Shown piece after piece: positions 22,167-32,461 of a stretch of DNA of 64,000 nt. Position numbers and translations under genes: made by a program. How positions within the stretch are numbered: the first letter of the stretch is position 1; each line of letters starts with the position of its first letter. The DNA is from Microcystaceae cyanobacterium. GTDB lineage: Bacteria > Cyanobacteriota > Cyanobacteriia > Cyanobacteriales > Microcystaceae. The stretch is from contig JBGTGT010000133.1 in the NCBI GenBank assembly GCA_041746575.1, forward strand, positions 32,001 through 96,000, in the 5' to 3' direction. Below the pieces are notes generated by a model, which was not told where the DNA came from, ran no database searches, and saw only the letters and a list, made by a program, of their open reading frames with translations.

Positions 22167-22307
22167 CTGTGTTGGGAGATACAAAGCGAATCTTAAAATG
22201 AGGAGAAAAAGATCATTGAGCCGATTAAGATATTATTTAAGATGCCCACCATCAATAGGGTTGAGAACATTAGCATCACTGGAAAAAGCTCAAGAGCGAT
22301 CCCTTGG
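22143..22307 (-). ncRNA. Candidate sRNA, or micro-protein mRNA (27-codon ORF at 22193-22276)
   Basis: Bounded by a consensus-like promoter and a terminator, with no long ORF between them; 5' GGGATC..TTGAGC can pair with downstream GCTCAA.GATCTTT. Confidence 0.45.
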
Positions 22308-22312
22308 TTCCT

Positions 22313-22341
22313 ATTATGTAACAAAACATTACAAATTGCAA
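22313..22341 (-). promoter_or_regulatory. Sigma70-type promoter (TTGCAA-17 nt-CATAAT) with an HLR1-like (RpaB) direct repeat in the spacer
   Basis: Plus strand GTAACAAA-AC-ATTACAAA at 22318-22335 has one mismatch per half to (G/T)TTACA(T/A)(T/A)-N2 repeats. Confidence 0.55.
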
Positions 22342-22393
22342 ACTTTTTTGCAAGTTTATTGACATCCATTTTTTTGTATGATAATCATTAATC

Positions 22394-23314
22394 ATGTTAG
22401 AGAGTCATCAAATCAAGGAACAAGCCAGAGAAATAGGCTTTCATCTGATAGGAATTGCCTCACTTGAATCTCAGGAACAAGATAACGCTGTTAATCACTT
22501 AAAAACTTGGTTAAATAAAGGATATCAAGCTGATATGGCGTGGATGAGCGATCCTCGTCGTCAAGAGATTTGTCAAGTCATGCCGGATGTGCAATCCGTG
22601 ATCTCGGTAGGGTTAAATTATTACACCCCTCATCAACAGCCGCAAGAGGCGGAATACGCTAAAATTTCCCGTTACGGATGGGGCAGAGACTACCATCGAG
22701 TAATGACGAAAAAATTGAAAGCTCTCAATCGATGGTTGCAAGCACAAGATACGCAGATTAAAACGCGTTATTACGTAGATACGGGGTCAATTCAGGATAA
22801 AGCATGGGCGCAACGCTCTGGATTGGGCTGGATTGGCAAAAATAGTAATGTGATTAGTCGTCATTATGGCAGTTGGTTGTTTTTAGGTGAAATTCTGATT
22901 AATATCCCGCTAATCCCCGATAAACCCCATAGCGATCATTGTGGTACTTGTACCCGTTGTTTAGATGCTTGTCCAACGAAGGCAATTCCTCAACCTTATT
23001 TTGTGGATGCTAATCGCTGTATTGCTTATCATACCATCGAAAATCGCTCAGAAACTTTGCCAGAAGACCTAATTTCCCACTTTAACGGCTGGGTGGCTGG
23101 ATGCGATATTTGTCAAGAGGTGTGTCCTTGGAATCAACGCTTTGCTAAAGAGACGGATATTAAAGATTTTCAGCCCTATCCCTCCAATATTAAGGTCAAA
23201 CTCAGGGAATTAGCCCAGATTTCCGATGAAGAATGGGATCAACGCTTTCGGGGGTCGGCACTTCGACGGATTAAACCGTCTATGTTGAGACGTAATGCTT
23301 CTGCTAATTTATAG
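22394..23314 (+). CDS. queG: Epoxyqueuosine reductase
   Basis: 'ISRYGWGRDYH', 'YVDTG', 'GLGWIGKN', 'CGTCTRCLDACPT', 'GCDICQEVCPWN'. Confidence 0.96.
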   Translation: MLESHQIKEQAREIGFHLIGIASLESQEQDNAVNHLKTWLNKGYQADMAWMSDPRRQEICQVMPDVQSVISVGLNYYTPHQQPQEAEYAKISRYGWGRDYHRVMTKKLKALNRWLQAQDTQIKTRYYVDTGSIQDKAWAQRSGLGWIGKNSNVISRHYGSWLFLGEILINIPLIPDKPHSDHCGTCTRCLDACPTKAIPQPYFVDANRCIAYHTIENRSETLPEDLISHFNGWVAGCDICQEVCPWNQRFAKETDIKDFQPYPSNIKVKLRELAQISDEEWDQRFRGSALRRIKPSMLRRNASANL

Positions 23315-23356
23315 TATATTAAAGATAGATAAAATTGGTCACAATTTAACTTTCCC

Positions 23357-24019
23357 ATGGTTTTAAAAGTCATTGTCTTTGATTTCGATGGCACAATTGC
23401 AGATACTTATGATGCGTTTGTTGAAATTGTTAATGAACTATCAGGAGAGTTTGGCTATCGACCTGTTGGACTTAACGATTTAGAACGATTAAAAAATCTT
23501 AGTTCAAGAGAAATTGTCAGAGAATCTAATATTTCTCTAATCAAAATTCCCTTCATTCTCAAAAGAGTCAAAACTGAATTAAATAAAAGGGTCAAGAAAC
23601 TAACCCCCATTGAGGGAATTCAATCCTGTCTTATTTTCTTAAAAGAAAAGGGCTATCATTTAGGAATTATTACTTCAAATAGCAAAGAAAATGTCACTGC
23701 TTTTTTGGAAAAAAATAAATTAGCAGAAACCTTTGATTTTATTTGCTCTGGAACAACTTTATTTGGTAAACATAAGATTATCAATCAAGTCTTGAAAAAG
23801 GGTAAGCTTCAGCCCAGTGAATTAATTTATATTGGCGACGAAACCCGTGATATTCAATCTGCTCAAAAAAGTAAAATTCAGGTGATAGCCGTAGGTTGGG
23901 GCTTTAATTCTCCTGAAGTTTTAGCCAGATATCAACCTGATTTTTTAGCGAAAACACCTCAAGATTTAATCATAATTGTTCAACAATTAGAGAGCAATAT
24001 GCAACCCGTTTTATCCTAA
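23357..24019 (+). CDS. HAD-superfamily hydrolase (phosphoglycolate phosphatase-like)
   Basis: 'FDFDGT' motif I, 'ITSN', 'YIGDETRD'. Confidence 0.9.
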   Translation: MVLKVIVFDFDGTIADTYDAFVEIVNELSGEFGYRPVGLNDLERLKNLSSREIVRESNISLIKIPFILKRVKTELNKRVKKLTPIEGIQSCLIFLKEKGYHLGIITSNSKENVTAFLEKNKLAETFDFICSGTTLFGKHKIINQVLKKGKLQPSELIYIGDETRDIQSAQKSKIQVIAVGWGFNSPEVLARYQPDFLAKTPQDLIIIVQQLESNMQPVLS

Positions 24020-24086
24020 AATTAATCTAAGTATTAGAATAGAAAAATTCAAATGTAACTCAGCTTATTATTATCGTGTAATTTCC

Positions 24087-24606
24087 ATGAATGATTTAAC
24101 TTACTACACCTTAATGGCGAATTATAATCAATGGATGAATCAAAAGCTCTATGGGGTGTGTGACCAAATTTCCGATCAAGAGAGAAAGTCCGACAGAGGG
24201 GCTTTTTTTCGCTCAATTCACGGAACTTTAAATCATTTACTCTACGGTGATAAAGCTTGGATGGGGCGTTTTACTGAACAACCTTTCTACGTTCCAAATT
24301 GGGGACAAATGATGTACGACGATTTTGAATTGCTAAAACAAGAACGCCAAAAAGTTGACCAACAAATGATTGAATGGACTAACAACCTTAACTTCTGAAT
24401 GGTTAGAGCAGTTGTTTTCTTATACTAGCAACGTCGATCAAAAAACTCGTCTCCTACCGACATGGATTCTCGTTACTCATCTGTTTAACCATCAAACCCA
24501 TCATCGTGGACAGCTAACAACGCTACTCACCCAACTCGGTTACGATATAGGGGTGACTGATATTCCTTGGTTACCGACGCTACAGGGCGAAGAAGCTCAA
24601 TATTAA
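24087..24606 (+). pseudogene. DinB family protein split by a single-base frameshift near 24386
   Basis: ORF 24087-24398 carries 'YNQWMN...SIHGTLNHL'; the +1 frame carries 'HLFNHQTHHRGQ'; removing one base at AAC-AAC-C-TTA joins them. Confidence 0.85.
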
Positions 24607-24866
24607 TATCTCTGCTCCGTTTCAAGCTGTTGAACGGCCACAAAACACTCACCAGGCAGTAAAATAGGATGATTATTAAAAATCAACTGTCCTCGATGAG
24701 TATTGCGATGAATGGCAATGCCAAAGGGACGACGGTTTTGCTTAGAGTGTAGAATACAAAAAGTCCGATAAATACGACGGGCAGACCGTAAAAGGGAAGG
24801 ATCAAGCAGAAGGGGAATTTCTGCTTCGTGGGTCTGCTTCTCAGTTTCATCAGAGACGTTAATCAC
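24603..24866 (-). CDS. Conserved hypothetical small protein
   Basis: 87-aa ORF with an AGGAG-like RBS and GTG start; 'ARRIYRT...RGQLIF...PILLPGECF' looks like a cyanobacterial conserved family. Confidence 0.7.
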   Translation of the reverse strand: MINVSDETEKQTHEAEIPLLLDPSLLRSARRIYRTFCILHSKQNRRPFGIAIHRNTHRGQLIFNNHPILLPGECFVAVQQLETEQRY

Positions 24867-25077
24867 CGTTCTAGCTCCTCAAGTTACAATAATTATCGCT
24901 ATATTATTTTGCTATTTTAATAGACAAATCCTAAAGACGAATAAACAGGATGTTAAGATTCCTCAACTTAAAACCGTTCGTCTATCCTACTCTCGCTCTT
25001 TTATAACGGACGAGAACGGTTGACTCCTGTTATAATTGACAAAAAAGCTGACTGAAATTCGTGTGCCGTTGTGATTT

Positions 25078-26679
25078 ATGAGCAATCAACCTGACCGCAT
25101 CATCATTTTTGATACGACTCTTCGAGATGGAGAACAATCTCCGGGTGCCGCTTTAACCGTTGACGAAAAGCTGACCATCGCTCGCGCACTGGCACGATTA
25201 GGGGTTGATATCATTGAGGCAGGATTCCCTTACGCCAGTCAAGGGGATTTTACGGCGGTTCAGTCCGTTGCCCGTCTGTTTGACACAGAAAATAGCCCTC
25301 GCATTTGTGGTTTAGCCCGCGCCGCCAAAAATGACATCAAACGAGCGGCAGAAGCCTTAGAACCCGCCGCAAAGCCTCGAATCCATACTTTTCTCGCTAC
25401 ATCAGACATTCATCTTGAATATAAACTGAAAAAAAGCCGTGCCGAAGTTCTGCAAATTGTGCCGGAAATGGTGGCTTATGCGAAGTCTTTTGTGGACGAT
25501 GTAGAATTTTCCCCCGAAGACGCAGGACGCAGTGACCCAGAATTCCTTTATCAAATCTTAGAGGCGGCGATTGCGGCAGGAGCAACTACGGTTAATATCC
25601 CCGATACCGTTGGTTATACAACCCCTAGCGAATTTGGGGCGTTAATTGGCGGAATTAAAAAAAATGTGCCTAATATTGACCAAGCGATTATTTCTGTTCA
25701 TGGTCACGATGATTTAGGGTTAGCGGTAGCGAATTTTCTAGAGGCGGTTAAAAATGGGGCGCGTCAACTGGAATGTACCATCAATGGCATCGGTGAAAGG
25801 GCAGGGAATGCGGCCTTAGAAGAACTGGTGATGGCTCTTCATGTGCGTCGTCAATATTTCAACCCCTTTTTGGGTAAATCCGTTGATTCTACTGAACCTT
25901 TAACCAATATTAAAACCAAAGAAATTTATAAAACCTCCCGTCTCGTGTCCAGTTTGACAGGGATGGTGGTGCAACCCAATAAGGCAATCGTTGGGGCAAA
26001 TGCTTTTGCTCACGAATCGGGAATTCACCAAGATGGGGTACTCAAGCACAAGCTAACCTATGAAATTATGGATGCAGAGTCCATCGGGTTAACGAATAAT
26101 CAAATTGTCTTAGGTAAACTGTCGGGGCGCAATGCCTTCCGTACTCGTTTGCAAGAATTGGGCTTTGAACTCTCAGAGACGGAGTTAAATAAAGCTTTCT
26201 TACGCTTTAAGGAAGTAGCAGACAAGAAAAAAGAAATTACTGATTGGGACTTAGAAGCTATCGTTAACGATGAAATTCAACAAGCCCCCGAATTATTCCG
26301 TTTGGAGCTAGTTCAAGTCTCCTGTGGCGATCATGCGTCCCCTACTGCCACCGTAACCCTTCGCACTCCTGAAGGCAACGAATTAACCGATGCGGCAATT
26401 GGGACAGGTCCTGTCGATGCGGTATATAAAGCGATTAATCGGGTGATTAATATCCCCAATGAATTGATTGAATATTCCGTTAAATCCGTCACGGCGGGTA
26501 TTGATGCGATGGGAGAAGTAACCATTCGTCTCCGTCATAATCATCGCACCTATTCCGGTTATTCAGCCAACACAGATATTATTGTGGCTTCTGCGCGAGC
26601 GTATGTTACTGCCTTAAATCGTCTTTATCAGGCGATAGAAACTGAAAAACAAGAACAAAAAACCATTGCTTCGGTTTGA
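25078..26679 (+). CDS. leuA: 2-isopropylmalate synthase
   Basis: '[12 protein letters not shown]', 'HGHDDLG', 'GIGERAGN', 'HESGIHQDG', C-terminal regulatory domain 'GTGPVDA'. Confidence 0.97.
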   Translation: MSNQPDRIIIFDTTLRDGEQSPGAALTVDEKLTIARALARLGVDIIEAGFPYASQGDFTAVQSVARLFDTENSPRICGLARAAKNDIKRAAEALEPAAKPRIHTFLATSDIHLEYKLKKSRAEVLQIVPEMVAYAKSFVDDVEFSPEDAGRSDPEFLYQILEAAIAAGATTVNIPDTVGYTTPSEFGALIGGIKKNVPNIDQAIISVHGHDDLGLAVANFLEAVKNGARQLECTINGIGERAGNAALEELVMALHVRRQYFNPFLGKSVDSTEPLTNIKTKEIYKTSRLVSSLTGMVVQPNKAIVGANAFAHESGIHQDGVLKHKLTYEIMDAESIGLTNNQIVLGKLSGRNAFRTRLQELGFELSETELNKAFLRFKEVADKKKEITDWDLEAIVNDEIQQAPELFRLELVQVSCGDHASPTATVTLRTPEGNELTDAAIGTGPVDAVYKAINRVINIPNELIEYSVKSVTAGIDAMGEVTIRLRHNHRTYSGYSANTDIIVASARAYVTALNRLYQAIETEKQEQKTIASV

Positions 26680-26687
26680 GCTTCATC

Positions 26688-26707
26688 GGGTGGGTTTTTA
26701 CCCACTC
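26688..26707 (+). terminator. Hairpin after leuA
   Basis: GGGTGGGT-TTTT-ACCCACTC, a few bases after the stop codon. Confidence 0.5.
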
Positions 26708-27223
26708 ATTGATTGGATTGCTTTTAAGGGCAGGGGATGGGTTGTTTGGTAGTAAACGAGATTAATTTTAGGAGAGCGTGACTTTTAATCCTTAATGAAA
26801 AGGGTAAGTTAACATACATAACTCGTTTGAGAATTTCTGTATATCTTCTTGAAATTAATGCAATGTATAATAATAATTATTTACTTAAGATTTATTAAAC
26901 GCTTCTCTCTGAAACCGGATTGAGAAAACAGCGTTCTCAAGAAAAGATTGCATTCGTCTAAAATTAATCTAGCGATCGCTTACAGCATAACACCTGAGCT
27001 TCGAATTACATTATAATGAGTTAAGTCTCTCAAGATTTTTAGGAAATAGTGAAAGTAAAGTGAGAGGCGAGGTTATGGGTTAAGCAAGATTTAGGAAATT
27101 TACTTTTTCATTTAGAGAACGAAATTGGCGAGGATATTGATAGTTTCCTGAAGTTTACTTCTATTTGGACTAATAAAAGTGGGAAAGATTAGCTTTCGGC
27201 GCAATCTCAATAAATAAGAAATT

Positions 27224-27877
27224 TTGGTAGAGTATTTTATGATTCAACGTCGACGAAAACGCTCTTTACAAGGCCTAAGAAAGCTGTTATTTTTGGTACT
27301 GACAACAACAGCGTTTATGATTTATCCTGTCCTTGCTCAAATTCAGTATCCCACCGTTGAGCAAAATGGTTTATCTGCCAAACCAGAACTAGAAGAAGGA
27401 AAAGTTATTCTAAACGGGAGTAAGGGACAATATACGGGATATGTAGTTGTGAAAGCAAGTTTACCTTCAATTTGGCAAACTTTGACGGATTATGATAATT
27501 TTGAGAAATATATGCCCAATGTAATTGAAAGCAATCTCTTAGAAAGTCGAGGGAATTACAGAGTTTTTGAACAAGTACAAGTTTTTCGGTTTCTCCTGTT
27601 TTCTCGAAAAGCTAAAGTAAAGATTGTCGTCACTGAAGACTATCCTAAACTCATTAAGTTTAAAGTGATTGAAGGCGAAGTAAAAAAGCTACAAGGTTCG
27701 TGGCAAATTGAACCCATAGATTCTGATACATATTTAATTACTCATCAAGTCAGTGTAGAGCCTGATATTGAATCGAGTTTTAATCAGGATTTGTTCTTTA
27801 CTGTTTACGAAGATACAATCGAAAAAACGTTAGCGGTTATTTATCAAGAATCTGCTAGACGTTCAAACGGGCGTTAA
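27224..27877 (+). CDS. SRPBCC/polyketide cyclase-dehydrase family protein with an N-terminal signal or TM segment
   Basis: 'IWQTLTDYDNFEKYMPNV', 'LQGSWQIEP'; start may be ATG at 27239. Confidence 0.8.
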   Translation: MVEYFMIQRRRKRSLQGLRKLLFLVLTTTAFMIYPVLAQIQYPTVEQNGLSAKPELEEGKVILNGSKGQYTGYVVVKASLPSIWQTLTDYDNFEKYMPNVIESNLLESRGNYRVFEQVQVFRFLLFSRKAKVKIVVTEDYPKLIKFKVIEGEVKKLQGSWQIEPIDSDTYLITHQVSVEPDIESSFNQDLFFTVYEDTIEKTLAVIYQESARRSNGR

Positions 27878-28319
27878 TTTTTTAACTTTATAAGATTTAT
27901 ATTTATCGTCATTATTTTTCTCTGGATAGAATCATTATAAAGAGCGATCGCATTTCAACCTATCCCCTTCTTCTCCTAGCAATCTTCGTTCAATTCTTTT
28001 AGATTCATTCTCTAATAGCCATAATTTCGCTTCTTCACCCTTATTCTATCTTAGGGTTTAAGCAAAAGAATTAGGTTGGGAAGTACACTCTTTTTTAATT
28101 ATTACCCTGTTTCCTCATCCTAATCAACGCTTGACGTTAAATAGGACAAATATTGCTAGTTTTCACCCTAATAACTTAAATAAAGCTTTTAAAGCTATAC
28201 TATAAAGTAACTTTAACCATTGTCTCTAAACAAAGATTAATTTAACGATACAAACTTTTTATAACTTCTTTTGAACAGTTCTTCGTCGCTAAAACAGACA
28301 AAATGAGCTTATAATTTTC

Positions 28320-29084
28320 TTGGGCTTTATAAATAAAATTGTTATACTTACAGGAATTTTAATGATTTACCTCCCTAAATTTGGTCGACATTTCTTAATC
28401 ATATTGGGTATCGTACTTTTTCTCCGTTTAATCGGGATGAATCCAGCAATGGCACAAGACGTAGCATTACGGACATTAACGGTAACAGGACAAGGAATTG
28501 AAAGAATTCCCACGACATTAACTCAAGTCCAGCTTGGGGTGGAAATTCAGGGAAAAACAGCAACAGAAGTACAGCAAGAAATCGCTAAACATACCTCAGC
28601 CATTATTGATTTTTTACGCACTCGTCAGGTAGAAAGGCTAGAAACAACTGGAATTCGTTTACAACCTAACTATCAATACGATAATAATCAACGGCAATTA
28701 GTGGGTTATATTGGCGAAAATACGGTTAGTTTTCGTCTTCCAACCGAGAAAGTAGGAGCTTTGTTAGATGAAGCTGTCAAAGCAGGAGCAACTCGCATTG
28801 ATGGGGTGAATTTTACGGCGACTGAAGAGGCGATTTCTGAAGCACAAAAAGAAGCCCTCCGTCAAGCTACGATAGACGCACAGCAACAGGCGGAGGCAGT
28901 TTTAAATGCTTTAAATTTTAAGGCGAAGGAAGTTGTCAGTATTCAAGTCAATGAAGCTAATGTGCCTCAACCAAGAATGATTCAAGCAGAACAACAGTTC
29001 AGAAGTGCTGCTAAAGATAGCACACCCGTCATTGGTGGAGAGCAGAGCGTGAAAGCTTCTATCACTCTGCAAATTAGCTACTAA
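28320..29084 (+). CDS. SIMPL (DUF541) domain periplasmic protein
   Basis: 'RTLTVTGQG', 'LQPNYQY', 'AVKAGATRIDGVNF', 'ALRQATIDA'; true start probably downstream of 28320. Confidence 0.88.
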   Translation: MGFINKIVILTGILMIYLPKFGRHFLIILGIVLFLRLIGMNPAMAQDVALRTLTVTGQGIERIPTTLTQVQLGVEIQGKTATEVQQEIAKHTSAIIDFLRTRQVERLETTGIRLQPNYQYDNNQRQLVGYIGENTVSFRLPTEKVGALLDEAVKAGATRIDGVNFTATEEAISEAQKEALRQATIDAQQQAEAVLNALNFKAKEVVSIQVNEANVPQPRMIQAEQQFRSAAKDSTPVIGGEQSVKASITLQISY

Positions 29085-29233
29085 AATTTTTGAGCCGTCA
29101 TACTTAAACAGTAGAAATTCAAGGCACCGTTAAATAGCGATCGCTGATTCTAAAAAACTTCCGTAACTTTGCCCCATCAGTTAGCCTATCCGTCACCATA
29201 GAAGAAGGAAAGCCATAATTATAATTAAGCCCA

Positions 29234-30961
29234 ATGTTACAACACGATGTCATTATTATCGGTGGTGGACTCGCAGGATGTCGCGCCGCCTTAGAAATTA
29301 AACGCCTCAATCCTGATACCGATGTTGCCGTTATCGCCAAAACTCACCCAATTCGCTCTCATTCTGTGGCCGCACAGGGAGGAATGGCCGCTACGCTTAA
29401 GAATGTTGACCCAGAGGACTCATGGCAAGCTCATGCCTTTGATACCGTTAAAGGATCAGATTACTTAGCAGACCAAGATGCTGTAGCCATTTTAACCCAA
29501 GAAGCTCCTGAGGTCATTATTGATCTCGAACACATGGGGGTGTTATTCTCCCGTTTAGAAGATGGAAAGATTGCACAACGTGCTTTTGGAGGGCATTCTC
29601 ACAAACGCACCTGCTATGCCGCCGATAAGACAGGACACGCCATCTTACACGAATTGGTCAGTAATTTACACCGCAATGGGGTACATATTTATGATGAGTG
29701 GTATGTCATGCAGTTAATTCTTGAAGACGGAGAAGCCAAAGGCGTTGTTATGTACCATATTGGTGAGGGACAACTTGAAGTCGTACAAGCAAAGGTGACG
29801 ATGTTTGCCACAGGAGGGTATGGCAGGGTATTTAATACCACCTCTAACGATTTTGCCTCAACAGGGGACGGTTTAGCCATGTCTGCAATGGCAGGTATTC
29901 CTCTCGAAGATATGGAGTTTGTGCAGTTTCATCCGACGGGATTGTATCCAGTTGGTGTATTAATTTCTGAAGCTGTACGGGGAGAGGGTGCTTACTTACG
30001 AAACAGTGAAGGAGAGCGTTTTATGGAGCGGTATGCCCCAAATCAGATGGAATTAGCCCCTCGTGATATTACTTCTCGCGCAATTACCCGTGAAATTCGG
30101 GCAGGAAGAGGCATTAACCCCAATGGAAGTGCAGGGGGGAATTTTGTCTATCTAGATTTAACCCACATGGGAAAAGAGAAGATAATGAGTCGTGTTCCCT
30201 TTTGTTGGGAAGAAGCACACCGTTTAGTCGGGGTAGATGCAGTTATCGAACCGATGCCTGTTCGCCCAACGGCTCACTACTGTATGGGGGGAGTTCCCGT
30301 TACGACGGATGGTAGAGTGCGCCGCAGTGGGGATAAACTGACAGAAGGATTTTTTGCCGCCGGAGAATGCGCCTGTGTATCAGTACATGGTGCGAATCGT
30401 TTAGGGAGCAATTCTTTGTTAGAATGTGTGGTGTATGGTCGTCGCACGGGTGCTAAAATTGCCGAATATGTGAAATATCGTAAGTTTCCTGAAATTGATG
30501 AACAGCAGTATTTAGGCATTGCTAAAATCCATATTCAAAGCCTTTTAGAGCAAAAAGGAAGCATCCGCATTAATGAATTACGGCAACAATTTCAAGATTG
30601 TATGACTAATCATTGTGGCGTTTTTCGGACAGAAGAAGTAATGCAGGAAGGCATCCATCAAATCCAACAATTAAAGGAAAAATACCTACAAATTTATCTT
30701 GATGATAAGTCAACCTGTTGGAATCAAGAGTTAATTGAAGCGATGGAATTACAGAGTATTTTAGTGGTGGGAGAATTAATTTTAACATCTGCGATTAATC
30801 GTCAAGAAAGTCGCGGCGCACACTCAAGAGAAGATTATCCCAATCGTGATGATAGCCAGTTTTTACGGCATACTTTAGCTTACTATTCATCTACGGGAAT
30901 TGATATTCAATATATGCCTGTTGTCGTGAATATGTTCGAACCGAAGGAGCGAAAGTATTAA
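29234..30961 (+). CDS. sdhA: Succinate dehydrogenase/fumarate reductase flavoprotein subunit
   Basis: 'GGGLAG', covalent-FAD motif 'RSHSVAAQGG', 'QFHPTG', 'HYCMGG', 'HGANRLGSNSL', 'ESRGAH'. Confidence 0.96.
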   Translation: MLQHDVIIIGGGLAGCRAALEIKRLNPDTDVAVIAKTHPIRSHSVAAQGGMAATLKNVDPEDSWQAHAFDTVKGSDYLADQDAVAILTQEAPEVIIDLEHMGVLFSRLEDGKIAQRAFGGHSHKRTCYAADKTGHAILHELVSNLHRNGVHIYDEWYVMQLILEDGEAKGVVMYHIGEGQLEVVQAKVTMFATGGYGRVFNTTSNDFASTGDGLAMSAMAGIPLEDMEFVQFHPTGLYPVGVLISEAVRGEGAYLRNSEGERFMERYAPNQMELAPRDITSRAITREIRAGRGINPNGSAGGNFVYLDLTHMGKEKIMSRVPFCWEEAHRLVGVDAVIEPMPVRPTAHYCMGGVPVTTDGRVRRSGDKLTEGFFAAGECACVSVHGANRLGSNSLLECVVYGRRTGAKIAEYVKYRKFPEIDEQQYLGIAKIHIQSLLEQKGSIRINELRQQFQDCMTNHCGVFRTEEVMQEGIHQIQQLKEKYLQIYLDDKSTCWNQELIEAMELQSILVVGELILTSAINRQESRGAHSREDYPNRDDSQFLRHTLAYYSSTGIDIQYMPVVVNMFEPKERKY

Positions 30962-31108
30962 AAAATCATAAAATCCTGTTTATGGTTTATTATCTCGTGT
31001 GAGATAACTGCGGCTGTCTATTTTGTTGAAATTATGATAGGATTAGCGTTCTAGACAACACCCAATACAAAATAACAATGTCAGACCCCATTTACTAAAG
31101 TTAAAACA

Positions 31109-32461
31109 ATGGCTCAAGCAAAAAATAAGGCAACTGATAATTATATTCCACCTCAAAATATTGATGCCGAAGAATCTATCTTAGGAGGAATTTTACTGTA
31201 TGAAGATGCAATTGGGAGAGTGATAGATTTAATTGCCATAGATGCCTTTTACGTCCCCAACCATCGCAAAATCTACGAAGCCATTTTACAGTTACATTCT
31301 CAAGGACAACCCACAGATTTCGTGACGATAACCAGTTGGTTAAAAGACCATCATCTCTTAGATGAAATTGGCGGTATGGCAAAATTAACTCAATTGGTTG
31401 ATCGTACAGTATCTGCTGTTAATATTGATCGGTATGCTTTGTTAGTGATGGATAAATATATCCGTCGTCAATTAATTTCATCGGGTCACGAAATTGTCGA
31501 ACTTGGCTATGATACCACCCAAGAATTAGATACCGTTTTAGATGAATCGGAGCAAAAAATCTTTCGTCTGACACAAAAACAACCCCAAGCCGGCTTAATT
31601 CCTATCTCGGAAACTTTAGTTCAAACCTTTAATGAATTAGAGAAGTTATATCAAAAAACAGCAAGTTCGGGGTTAGTTACAGATTTTTATGACATTGACG
31701 CAATGACAGGGGGATTACAACGTGCTGATTTAATTATTATAGCGGGAAGACCTTCAATGGGAAAAACCGCTTTTGGCTTAAGTTTAGGGTTAAGAATTGC
31801 GAAGAAACATGAACTTCCGGTTGCTGTTTTTAGTTTGGAAATGTCCAAAGAGCAACTTGTATTGAGATTATTAGCCAGTGAAGCAAGAATTGATAGTAAC
31901 CGTTTGCGAACAGGTCACTTTTCCCAAAATGAATTAGAGCCGTTAAATAAAGCTATGTCAGAATTAGCTATCCTCCCTATTTCTATTGATGATGCCTCCA
32001 ATATTACGGTTATGCAAATTCGATCCCAAGTCCGTCGCTTACAGTCTGAAAATAAGGGAGAAATCGGTTTAGTTTTGATTGATTATTTACAATTAATGGA
32101 AGGTAGTAGTGATAATCGTGTACAGGAATTATCAAAAATTACTCGTTCATTAAAAGGATTAGCAAGAGAAATCAATGCTCCTGTTATTGCTTTATCACAG
32201 TTAAGTCGTGCCGTAGAATCTCGAACTAACAAACGTCCAATGATGTCAGATTTACGAGAAAGTGGTTCAATTGAACAAGATGCAGATTTAATTATAATGT
32301 TATACCGCGACGAATATTACAATCCAGATACACCAGATCGAGGCATCGCTGAAATTAATATTGTTAAACACCGTAACGGTCCGACAGGCATCCGAAGGCT
32401 AATTTTTCAACCCGAATTTACTCAATTTGAAAATCTACAACAGTATGGCAGTGACTATTAA
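31109..32461 (+). CDS. dnaB: Replicative DNA helicase, intein-free
   Basis: 'PPQNIDAEESILG', Walker A 'GRPSMGKT', 'IDYLQL', 'LRESGSIEQDAD', 'KHRNGP'. Confidence 0.98.
   Translation: MAQAKNKATDNYIPPQNIDAEESILGGILLYEDAIGRVIDLIAIDAFYVPNHRKIYEAILQLHSQGQPTDFVTITSWLKDHHLLDEIGGMAKLTQLVDRTVSAVNIDRYALLVMDKYIRRQLISSGHEIVELGYDTTQELDTVLDESEQKIFRLTQKQPQAGLIPISETLVQTFNELEKLYQKTASSGLVTDFYDIDAMTGGLQRADLIIIAGRPSMGKTAFGLSLGLRIAKKHELPVAVFSLEMSKEQLVLRLLASEARIDSNRLRTGHFSQNELEPLNKAMSELAILPISIDDASNITVMQIRSQVRRLQSENKGEIGLVLIDYLQLMEGSSDNRVQELSKITRSLKGLAREINAPVIALSQLSRAVESRTNKRPMMSDLRESGSIEQDADLIIMLYRDEYYNPDTPDRGIAEINIVKHRNGPTGIRRLIFQPEFTQFENLQQYGSDY

Noticed and set aside
22102..22362. 86-aa plus-strand ORF
   Set aside because: No recognisable protein features; it crosses a minus-strand terminator and promoter that explain the region better.
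26710..27220. Long AT-rich spacer after leuA as a possible ncRNA locus
   Set aside because: No convincing promoter-terminator pair, ORF or repeat found by eye.
27940..28080. Possible decayed small gene on the minus strand (EAKLWLLENESKRIERRL)
   Set aside because: Short, interrupted by stops and without a start; cannot be assigned.
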